A stretch of DNA of 64,000 nucleotides from Acidobacteriota bacterium (GTDB lineage Bacteria > Acidobacteriota > Aminicenantia > Aminicenantales > Aminicenantaceae), in contig JAHIPL010000005.1 of assembly GCA_018894615.1 (NCBI GenBank), forward strand, positions 1,062 to 65,061, in the 5' to 3' direction. A program made the position numbers and the translations under genes. This document shows positions 18,714 to 26,843 of this stretch, in pieces. Positions within the stretch are counted from its first letter, which is position 1. Each line of letters begins with the position of its first letter. The notes under the pieces are model-generated. The model had not been told where the DNA came from, made no database searches, and saw only the letters and a list, made by a program, of their open reading frames with translations.

Positions 18714-20090
18714 TCAACTATTGGGGTCAGGCCTCAAAAGGGGAATGGCGTAGGGGCCGTCCTTGAGGATGGCGATGCGGGGGGGGCGGTTCAAGCGGCG
18801 CCTGAGCGCAGCGACGGTCCAGTCGACGGTTCTGTTCAGCAGGACGGAAAGATCCTTCGTCCGGGCGGTGATGGTCTGTGCGTCCGTTCCCGGAATCCAG
18901 TCGAAATCCTTTTCTCTTATATCCGGACAGCAGTAGAGAAGGTGGTCGGGAGGAATGATCCGAAAGAGCCGTGCCCACATCTGGGGCTCCCACTGCTCCG
19001 GAACAAATGTCCAGTCGGGATCTTTAATGGCCTGTTCGTACATGTCCGGTCCCAGATCATTGAGCAGCCGGAGCATTTTTTTATAATGTGGGCCGCCGAT
19101 GGGATCGTTATCCGGGTGGCGGGCGGCGAGAATGCAGTATCCGTCCGGTTCGAGAATGGACGCGCAGACCGCTCCGGCTTTGGCCGCCTGGTAGTGGTTG
19201 ATGCCGACAAATCCCGCATGGGTGATGACAAGATCGTAACGGTCACGGACGGGAATGCCGACGTAGGATTGAAGGCAGCGGACCGCGGATTTGTGGGCTT
19301 CGACCAGATCGCCCGAAAAGACCCCGGACAGAGAATATTCGGCGTTCAGGGTGACATTGACGATAAAATCGCACCCGACCATGCGCGCAACGGCAAGAGC
19401 TTCCTCGTGGACGGGATTGCCTTCGAGGACCAGGTCGGCCGCTTTGGGGGAGGAGAGAATATGTCCGCCGTGAATGAGCTGTGTGCAGTGTTCGCCGATA
19501 AGGCCCGGGCAGATGGATTTTCTTCCCCCGGACGCACCGGCCATGAAGTGACTTTCAACGAGGCCGGTCAGGATTTTGATGTCTGCATCCCGGTAATGGC
19601 GGTTGATGAGGATTTTCCCGAGGAGAGGACGGTCGCCGATATGCACCAGATCATCCATTCGACGGCAATCGTGGTTGAGGACCTGAATGCCGTTCCGGAA
19701 AACATCGTCCGGTAGAAGGGCGCGAACGGCTTTTTCATTCAGCGGATGATGGGTGCCCGTGGCGATAAGAAGCTGAATGGCGGATTCCTTCAACCCGGCT
19801 CTCTTCATTTCCTGAAGAAGGGGGACAAGAAGACCCTCTTTCCCTTTGTAAGGAACAGGACGTGTGTTGTCGGAAAGAACCACAACGGCCCGGGCCTCAG
19901 GGTTTGCCCTGAGGCGGGATCGAATGATGTCCTTCAGGGGAGGCGAACCGATGGGCTTTCGAAGCGACCGTTCGATTTCTTCGCGGGGATTCCGGAGACG
20001 GGGAGCCGCGCCCATTTGGAGAACGACGGCCCCCGCGGGAACCTGCAGCGTCAGTTCCGTATGGCCGAGATCCAGTTTGATCGTGTTCAT
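18714..20090 (-). CDS. LarA-family protein (nickel-pincer-nucleotide-dependent 2-hydroxyacid racemase/epimerase family, DUF2088)
   Basis: LarA-like length and motifs: ATGTHHP (metal-binding His pair region), AGASGGRKSICPGL (GGRK with the cofactor-tethering Lys) and later conserved His residues. Confidence 0.65.
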   Translation of the reverse strand: MNTIKLDLGHTELTLQVPAGAVVLQMGAAPRLRNPREEIERSLRKPIGSPPLKDIIRSRLRANPEARAVVVLSDNTRPVPYKGKEGLLVPLLQEMKRAGLKESAIQLLIATGTHHPLNEKAVRALLPDDVFRNGIQVLNHDCRRMDDLVHIGDRPLLGKILINRHYRDADIKILTGLVESHFMAGASGGRKSICPGLIGEHCTQLIHGGHILSSPKAADLVLEGNPVHEEALAVARMVGCDFIVNVTLNAEYSLSGVFSGDLVEAHKSAVRCLQSYVGIPVRDRYDLVITHAGFVGINHYQAAKAGAVCASILEPDGYCILAARHPDNDPIGGPHYKKMLRLLNDLGPDMYEQAIKDPDWTFVPEQWEPQMWARLFRIIPPDHLLYCCPDIREKDFDWIPGTDAQTITARTKDLSVLLNRTVDWTVAALRRRLNRPPRIAILKDGPYAIPLLRPDPNS

Positions 20091-20298
20091 TGTTATGTTG
20101 CATTTTATCAGAATTCAACAGGGATGGTAAGCATGACACGGAGCATGACACAGAGCATGACACAGGGAGAAGGGGCTTGAATAAAAGAGAACCTCCTTTT
20201 CGCAGCAGAATGATCACAGCGGAATGATCACACGAAGCAGAATGATCACCATTGACTTCTGAAGTAATATCTGATATATCACATATCAGAGGTCGCCG

Positions 20299-20982
20299 AT
20301 GACAGGTCCTTCGTTACTGAATCTTCTCTCCCTGAAGGATCAGGTCTATGATTATCTTCGGGAGCGAATGAAAAAGGGTGAACTGCGGCCAGGTGCCGCC
20401 ATCAACACGGATGAAACCTCCGAGAGGCTCGGCATCAGCAAAACTCCGCTCAGAGATGCGCTCATCCGGCTCGAGGTGGAAGGATTTGTCACCATCCTCC
20501 CGCGGCGCGGTGTCATTGTGAACAGGCTGTCCCTCGCTGAAATAAAAGATTTTTATCAGATAATCGGCGCCCTGGAAAGCACGGCTCTTCTGTCCGCCGC
20601 TCCCCGGATGGGCGTCCGGGAGGTCGAGCGGATGAAGCGTCTGAACGGGCGGATGCGCGACGCTCTGGCCAAAGACAATTTTGAGCTGTATTACAACCAC
20701 AATCTGGCCATGCACAATGTTTATATCGATGTCTGCGGAAACGGGACAATCAGATCCACCCTTGACACTTTAAAAAAGCGTCTCTATGACTTTCCACGCT
20801 CACCCGATTTTATCAAGGAATGGGAAGAACGCTCCACGGAGGAGCATCAGACGTTTATTCAGCTTCTCTCCGATGGGCGGTTCGACGAGGCGGCCCTTTA
20901 CATGCGGGACGTGCACTGGTCTTTCGAGGTTCAAAAACCATTTCTTGTGAAATACTACTCGATTGAAGAAGATCATGTATAA
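20299..20982 (+). CDS. GntR-family transcriptional regulator (FadR/FCD subfamily)
   Basis: N-terminal winged HTH LGISKTPLRDALIRLEVEGFV; C-terminal all-helical FCD-like ligand domain. Confidence 0.85.
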   Translation: MTGPSLLNLLSLKDQVYDYLRERMKKGELRPGAAINTDETSERLGISKTPLRDALIRLEVEGFVTILPRRGVIVNRLSLAEIKDFYQIIGALESTALLSAAPRMGVREVERMKRLNGRMRDALAKDNFELYYNHNLAMHNVYIDVCGNGTIRSTLDTLKKRLYDFPRSPDFIKEWEERSTEEHQTFIQLLSDGRFDEAALYMRDVHWSFEVQKPFLVKYYSIEEDHV

Positions 20983-21880
20983 AGGCATCATTTTCGACAT
21001 CAAGCGCTATGCCATCCATGACGGCCCCGGCATTCGGACCACGGTTTTTTTAAAAGGCTGCCCGCTTTCCTGCCGGTGGTGTCACAATCCGGAGGGGATC
21101 GAGAGCGGGAGGCGGCTGATGTTCCGGGACAACCGGTGTCTGGGATGCGGAGAATGTGCGGCGGTCTGTCCCGAAGGCGCAATTGATCTGAAGGATGGAA
21201 AAGCCTTCGTCCGGCCCTCCGCCTGCCGCCTTCATTCCGCTTGTGTGGATGCCTGCCCCACCGAGGCCCTTCAGATGATCGGCCGTCTCGTGACCCCCCG
21301 GGAGATGATGGAGGAGATCGAAAAGGATCGCGTCTTTTTTGAAGAATCCGGCGGCGGTGTGACATTTTCAGGGGGCGAGCCCCTGGCTCAATTCCCTTTT
21401 CTGCTGGAATGCCTGCAGGCCTGCCGGAAAGCGGGGATCCGCACCTGCGTGGACACCTGCGGCCTGGCTTCCTCTGAGCACCTCGCCGCCGCGGCCGCAT
21501 TCACCGATCTTTTCCTCTATGACATCAAGGTGATGGATGAAGCGCGGCACATCGAAGCAACGGGAGTGTCCAATCGATCGATCCTCGCCAACCTTAAAAA
21601 ATTGTCCGCGGACGGGCATTTCATTATCGCCCGCATCCCCCTGATCCCCGGCATCAACGACGACCGGGACAACCTCCGCCGGACCGTTCGGTTTTTGCGG
21701 GAGAACACACCCCTTCGACGGATCAGCCTGCTGCCCTATCACACCATCGCCGATCAGAAATATGCCCGTCTTCAGGAGACCCGGAGAATGGAGAGGATTC
21801 AGACTCACTCCCAAGAGGAGATTCAGACCATCACCACATTCATCCAGGATCTCGGTCTGGAAGTGAGAATAGGAAGTTAA
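20963..21880 (+). CDS. Glycyl-radical enzyme activating protein (radical SAM with extra ferredoxin-like clusters)
   Basis: CPLSCRWCHNPE radical SAM cluster; CLGCGECAAVCPEGAI and CRLHSACVDACP auxiliary clusters; GGEP motif. Overlaps the GntR gene by 20 nt. Confidence 0.85.
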   Translation: MKKIMYKGIIFDIKRYAIHDGPGIRTTVFLKGCPLSCRWCHNPEGIESGRRLMFRDNRCLGCGECAAVCPEGAIDLKDGKAFVRPSACRLHSACVDACPTEALQMIGRLVTPREMMEEIEKDRVFFEESGGGVTFSGGEPLAQFPFLLECLQACRKAGIRTCVDTCGLASSEHLAAAAAFTDLFLYDIKVMDEARHIEATGVSNRSILANLKKLSADGHFIIARIPLIPGINDDRDNLRRTVRFLRENTPLRRISLLPYHTIADQKYARLQETRRMERIQTHSQEEIQTITTFIQDLGLEVRIGS

Positions 21881-21882
21881 AA

Positions 21883-24246
21883 ATGAACAAACGCATTCAT
21901 CGATTAAGAGAACAATCACTGACCGTCAAACCCGGTATTTCCGTGGAACGGGCCCGTCTGCTCACGGAATTTTATACAGATCCCGAATCCGCCTCTCTCT
22001 CCGTGCCTGTTTGCCGGGCTGCCGCTTTTCGGCACATCATGGCCAACAAAACCGTCTGCATCAACGAGGGAGAGCTCATCGTTGGAGAGCGGGGGCCCTC
22101 TCCCAAGGCGACACCGACCTATCCCGAGATCACCGTTCACAGCGTGGAAGATTTCGAGATCCTGAACTCCCGTGAAAAGACATCCTATTCCGTGGATGAG
22201 AAGAGCAAAGCCGTTTACCGCGACACGATCATCCCCTTCTGGAAGGGGCGGTCCATCCGGGATCGAATTCTTTCATCCGTATCGCCGTCCTGGATGGATG
22301 CTTACGAGGCGGGGATCTTCACGGAATTTATGGAGCAGAGGGCGCCGGGTCACACCGTTCTGGATGACAAGATCTACCGTAAGGGGATGCTGGACTTCAA
22401 AAGGGAGATAGCGGAGAGTATCGCCCGGCTGGATTTCCTGGAGGACCCGGAGGCCTTCGACAAGCGGGAACAGCTCAGAGCCATGGACATCGCCGCGGAG
22501 GCCCTTATCTGTTTTGCCGGGCGGCACGCGGAAAAAATCGATGAAATGGCGGCGAACGAAAGCGATCCCTCCCGCAGAAAGGAACTGGACAGGATGGCCG
22601 ATGTCTGTCGGAGGGTCCCGGCCCAAGCCCCGCGGGATTTCTGGGAAGCCCTGCAGTCCTACTGGTTCGTCCACCTGGGAGTCATCACCGAACTGAACGG
22701 GTGGGATTCCTTTAATCCCGGCCGTCTGGACCAGCATCTGTTTCCGTTCTATAAAAAAGGGCTGGAGGACGGCTCTCTCACAGAAGAGGGGGCCCGGGAG
22801 CTGCTTCAGGCGTTCTGGATCAAGTTCAATAATCAACCGGCGCCGCCCAAGGTGGGTGTCACGGCTGAGGAAAGCGGGACTTACACCGATTTCGCCCTTA
22901 TCAACACGGGCGGGGTGAAGGAGGACGGATCGGATGCCGTCAACCCCCTTTCCTATCTCATTCTGGATGTCATCGAGGAGATGCGGATTCTTCAGCCCAG
23001 CTCGTGCGTCCAGCTCAGCAAGAAGAATCCGGAGAGTTTCATTCACCGGGCCATCAAGGTGATCCGGACGGGATTCGGCCAGCCCTCGATTTTTAACACG
23101 GACGCCATCGTTCAGGAACTGGTCCGGATGGGGAAAACCGTCGAGGATGCCCGCAACGGAGGCGCCAGCGGATGTGTGGAAGTGGGGGCTTTCGGTAAGG
23201 AAAACTACACATTGACGGGCTACTTCAATATGGTCAAGGTCCTGGAGATCACTCTGAACAACGGCGTCGATCCCCGGACGGGAAAAACCATCGGCCTTCA
23301 AACAGGAGACCCGGCGGGATTCAATTCCTTTGAAGAGCTATTTTCCGCCTTTCGCCGCCAGATCCGTCACTTTGTCGACATCAAAATCGAAGGGAACAAT
23401 ATCATCGAGCGGCTTTACGCACTCCATGTCCCGGCCCCCTTTCTCTCTCTGCTTATCGACGACTGCATTCTGAAGGGAAAGGACTACCATGAGGGCGGGG
23501 CCCGCTACAACACCTCCTATATTCAGGGCGTGGGCATGGGCTCCATCACGGATTCTCTGACGTCCATCCTCTACCATGTCTACCACAAAAAAGATCTGAC
23601 CATGGCCGGGCTGCTGAAAATGCTGGCGGAAGATTTCGAGGGGGCTGAAATCTGGCGGCAGCGCTTTCTCAATAAAACCCCGAAGTACGGAAACGACGAC
23701 GACTACGCCGACGATGTCATGCGCTCCATTTTTGAAGTGTACTACGAGACCATCGACGGCCGGCCCAATACAAAAGGCGGAACCTACCGCATCAACCTGC
23801 TGCCGACGACCGTGCACGTCTACTTCGGAAAAGTGACCGGAGCCACACCCGACGGGCGACGGGCGAATCAGCCGCTTTCCGAGGGCATCTCTCCCGTCCA
23901 GGGAGCGGACCGCCAGGGGCCGACGGCCGTCGTCAAGTCGGCGGCAAAAATGGACCATGTGCGGACGGGCGGCACGCTTCTCAATCAGAAATTCGCCCCG
24001 TCTCTTCTGGCCGGACAGGAAGGGGTGGCCAATCTCGCTTCCCTCGTCCGGTCCTATTTCAAGATGGACGGGCACCATATCCAGTTTAATGTCGTCAGCG
24101 CCGACACGCTCCGCAATGCAAAAGACAATCCGGAACAATACCGGGATCTGATCGTCCGGGTGGCCGGCTACAGCGATTATTTCTGTGACTTGAGCGAGGC
24201 CCTTCAAAATGAGATCATTCAGCGAACCGAGCACGAAGCGTTTTGA
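21883..24246 (+). CDS. Glycyl radical enzyme, single-Cys 1,2-eliminase class (CutC/HypD/GDH-like), substrate unknown
   Basis: C-terminal glycyl radical motif RVAGYSDYF; active-site loop GGASGCVEVG (Cys-x-Glu as in dehydratase/lyase GREs, not the PFL Cys-Cys); 787 aa. Confidence 0.85.
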   Translation: MNKRIHRLREQSLTVKPGISVERARLLTEFYTDPESASLSVPVCRAAAFRHIMANKTVCINEGELIVGERGPSPKATPTYPEITVHSVEDFEILNSREKTSYSVDEKSKAVYRDTIIPFWKGRSIRDRILSSVSPSWMDAYEAGIFTEFMEQRAPGHTVLDDKIYRKGMLDFKREIAESIARLDFLEDPEAFDKREQLRAMDIAAEALICFAGRHAEKIDEMAANESDPSRRKELDRMADVCRRVPAQAPRDFWEALQSYWFVHLGVITELNGWDSFNPGRLDQHLFPFYKKGLEDGSLTEEGARELLQAFWIKFNNQPAPPKVGVTAEESGTYTDFALINTGGVKEDGSDAVNPLSYLILDVIEEMRILQPSSCVQLSKKNPESFIHRAIKVIRTGFGQPSIFNTDAIVQELVRMGKTVEDARNGGASGCVEVGAFGKENYTLTGYFNMVKVLEITLNNGVDPRTGKTIGLQTGDPAGFNSFEELFSAFRRQIRHFVDIKIEGNNIIERLYALHVPAPFLSLLIDDCILKGKDYHEGGARYNTSYIQGVGMGSITDSLTSILYHVYHKKDLTMAGLLKMLAEDFEGAEIWRQRFLNKTPKYGNDDDYADDVMRSIFEVYYETIDGRPNTKGGTYRINLLPTTVHVYFGKVTGATPDGRRANQPLSEGISPVQGADRQGPTAVVKSAAKMDHVRTGGTLLNQKFAPSLLAGQEGVANLASLVRSYFKMDGHHIQFNVVSADTLRNAKDNPEQYRDLIVRVAGYSDYFCDLSEALQNEIIQRTEHEAF

Positions 24247-24325
24247 TTCGGTTTTCAGATGGACAATACTTTTAGCTTCGGGTATTCTTAACTTTCACAT
24301 CAGGTAAAACGAACAAGAGGGGAAA

Positions 24326-25930
24326 ATGAGCAAAAAATGGGGTTTTTATCTTTTGATCGGGATGTTCGCCGGATTATGGGGATGCCGCCCTCCCGCGGAA
24401 ACAGGAGAAATCACCCCTGCTGAAATCGAAGCCCATATCCGTTTTCTGGCCGACGATCTTCTGGAAGGGAGAGCCGTTGGAAGCCGGGGGCATGAACTGG
24501 CCGTCCTGTACCAGGAAAACCATTTTCGCGGCCTGGGACTCGAGCCTGCCTTCGGCGGCGGCTACCGCCAGTCCTTTTTTCTGAAGGCAGCTCTGCCGGA
24601 TGAAAAAGCTTCCGTGGAAGTGTTTTCAGAGAGAGGCTCGTTCTCGCTGTCCAATCAGGAACATTTTGTCATCAACAGTGCCAGAGAAGATGTTCCGGAT
24701 GGAGTCGAAGGAGAGCTCGTCTATGCCGGTTTTCTCATTCAGGCGCCGGAAAGGGACTGGGATGATCTGAAGGAAAAGGATGTCAAGGGAAAGGTGCTGC
24801 TGGTCGAGATCAACGAGCCCGGAAATGAGGCCGGAGGAATTTTTGACGGGGAGGACATGACCTACTACGGCCGCTGGACCTACAAGTTTGAAAAGGCGTC
24901 CGAGCTGGGCGCCACCGGCATTCTGATCATCCACAACACCGGGGGCGCCGCCTACGGGTGGGAGGTCGTCAGGAGTTCTGCGACGGGAGAGAGCTGCTTT
25001 CTCCCCGATGTGGAAAACAGGCTCTTTTTCCAGGGATGGATCAGCGGGGAAACAGCCGACCGCATTTTTTCCGCCGCCGGATTCGACAGGGCGGAGTGGG
25101 CCCGTCGGGCGGAAGAACGGGATTTTGAACCGGCTGCCCTGGGAGTGAACGTGCGTGTGCGGCAGCGTCCCCGCTTCCGCACGGTCGAAACGGAAAATGT
25201 GGCCGCCCTTCTGCGCGGCCGGCACAAAAAACACACCGGCCGGACCGTTATCCTGTCCGCTCATTTTGATCATTTCGGAATAGACCCGGCGCTCGAAGGG
25301 GATCAGATTTACAACGGTGCTGTGGATAACTGCGCCGCTTCAGCCGCGATGCTGTCACTGGCCCGCTTTTATGCGGACCATGTCGATGATCTGAAGGTGG
25401 ATCTTCTATTTGCGGCGGTGACGGCGGAGGAGCAGGGGCTTCTGGGTTCGAATTATCTGGCCCGTCACCTCCCCGTTCCAAAGGAAAATGTTCTGGCCAA
25501 CCTCAATTTCGAGATGACCGGTGTCTGGGGGGAAACCCAGGACGTTTACGGGATAGGAGCCAAACAGTCCGACCTGGATGAGATCTGCAGCGAAGCCGCC
25601 CGGAAATGCGGTTACCGCTACATTCCCGAGCGGGACGGAAATCTGGGCTATTTTTTCCGCTCCGATCAATTGAGTTTTGCCCGGGTCGGCATTCCGTCCG
25701 TCTGGCTTCACGAAGGCATCACCTCACGCGGCGGAGACCCGAATTATATACAACGGAAACATGAGGAGTTCAGGGCATCCCGATACCACAAGGTGGCCGA
25801 TGAAATGGATGAAGACTGGGATCTGTCGGGAACCCGTCAAATCACCCGCTGGGCTCAGGCCATCATTTCCCTTCTGTCGGAGAGGAGTGATCTGCCGCAG
25901 TTCAAGTCTTCAAGTTCGTTCAGGCGATGA
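24326..25930 (+). CDS. M28-family peptidase with PA domain (aminopeptidase/glutamate carboxypeptidase-like), lipoprotein
   Basis: Lipobox FAGLWGC; M28 metal-binding motifs (HFDHFG, DNCAASAAMLSLA, EEQGLLGS); PA domain insert. Confidence 0.75.
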   Translation: MSKKWGFYLLIGMFAGLWGCRPPAETGEITPAEIEAHIRFLADDLLEGRAVGSRGHELAVLYQENHFRGLGLEPAFGGGYRQSFFLKAALPDEKASVEVFSERGSFSLSNQEHFVINSAREDVPDGVEGELVYAGFLIQAPERDWDDLKEKDVKGKVLLVEINEPGNEAGGIFDGEDMTYYGRWTYKFEKASELGATGILIIHNTGGAAYGWEVVRSSATGESCFLPDVENRLFFQGWISGETADRIFSAAGFDRAEWARRAEERDFEPAALGVNVRVRQRPRFRTVETENVAALLRGRHKKHTGRTVILSAHFDHFGIDPALEGDQIYNGAVDNCAASAAMLSLARFYADHVDDLKVDLLFAAVTAEEQGLLGSNYLARHLPVPKENVLANLNFEMTGVWGETQDVYGIGAKQSDLDEICSEAARKCGYRYIPERDGNLGYFFRSDQLSFARVGIPSVWLHEGITSRGGDPNYIQRKHEEFRASRYHKVADEMDEDWDLSGTRQITRWAQAIISLLSERSDLPQFKSSSSFRR

Positions 25931-26021
25931 GAACTGGTGCGCCTGGACGGGCGCAAGCGGGCGGCGAATATTAAATAATATTTCTTAAAGCCGATATAAT
26001 TATGTGTTAAAATAAATCATC

Positions 26022-26843
26022 ATGGATAGGACAGATCCTCATAAAGAATCCCATTTCACCGAATTCCTCAAACCTTCCCAGGTCGTTTTTGATCTCAGTG
26101 CCGACGACAAGGTTCAGGCTCTGGAAGAACTTCTGGATGTTCTTGTCAAGGAAAACCTGATCAAAAATAAAAAACCCGTTTTAACGAGAATCATCGATCG
26201 TGAACGGCTGGAAACGACGGCCATCGGTGACGGGGTCGCCCTTCCGCACGCGCGGGTCAACACGGGAAGCAACATCGTCGTTGCAGTCGGATACTCGAAG
26301 GGAGGAGTCGAGTTTGACGCCGTCGACGGGAAAAAGGTCCACATCATCATTCTCATTGTGTGGAACCCGGCCCTCCCCGGACTTTTTAATCACCTTTTTG
26401 CCGGATTGGCCCAGTTCCTGCGGCGTCCTGATTTTCGGGAGCGGCTCTATTCCGCCGGCAGCAAAACCGAATTGTACGGAGTGCTGTCCGAGATTCATCT
26501 GAGTCTCCCCCGTTCGGATGACCAGATCGTCAGCCGCGGCAGCCTACTCTGGCGGCTTCAGGAAATCCAGAGGGATAAGAAAAAAGCGACCGGCGCCGTT
26601 ATGAAGAAATTGACCGAAGAGGCCGATTTCATCCGCGGAGAACTGGATGAGTCCCTGCTGGACCGATTCGACCGCCTGATGGAACGTTATGGTTTTGCCG
26701 TGTCCGAAGTCGAGGACGGCGCCTGCATGGGCTGTTTCATCAATCTTGCCACGGGAATGAGCTCCGCCCTCGAGGGACGCAACGATATTTTTGTCTGCGA
26801 AAACTGCGGCAAGTTCATTATCGACTCTAAAAAGAAAAAATAG
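26022..26843 (+). CDS. PTS EIIA-Ntr (PtsN)-like domain fused to a coiled-coil and C-terminal C4 zinc ribbon
   Basis: EIIA type 2 motif with phosphorylatable His GVALPHARV; C-terminal CMGC...CENCG zinc ribbon preceded by a charged coiled-coil segment. Confidence 0.65.
   Translation: MDRTDPHKESHFTEFLKPSQVVFDLSADDKVQALEELLDVLVKENLIKNKKPVLTRIIDRERLETTAIGDGVALPHARVNTGSNIVVAVGYSKGGVEFDAVDGKKVHIIILIVWNPALPGLFNHLFAGLAQFLRRPDFRERLYSAGSKTELYGVLSEIHLSLPRSDDQIVSRGSLLWRLQEIQRDKKKATGAVMKKLTEEADFIRGELDESLLDRFDRLMERYGFAVSEVEDGACMGCFINLATGMSSALEGRNDIFVCENCGKFIIDSKKKK

Noticed and set aside
20130-20249. Tandem direct repeats as a possible CRISPR array
   Set aside because: The units are only 10-12 nt, occur in three copies with no spacers of CRISPR size, and there are no cas genes. 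They are more consistent with regulatory sites.
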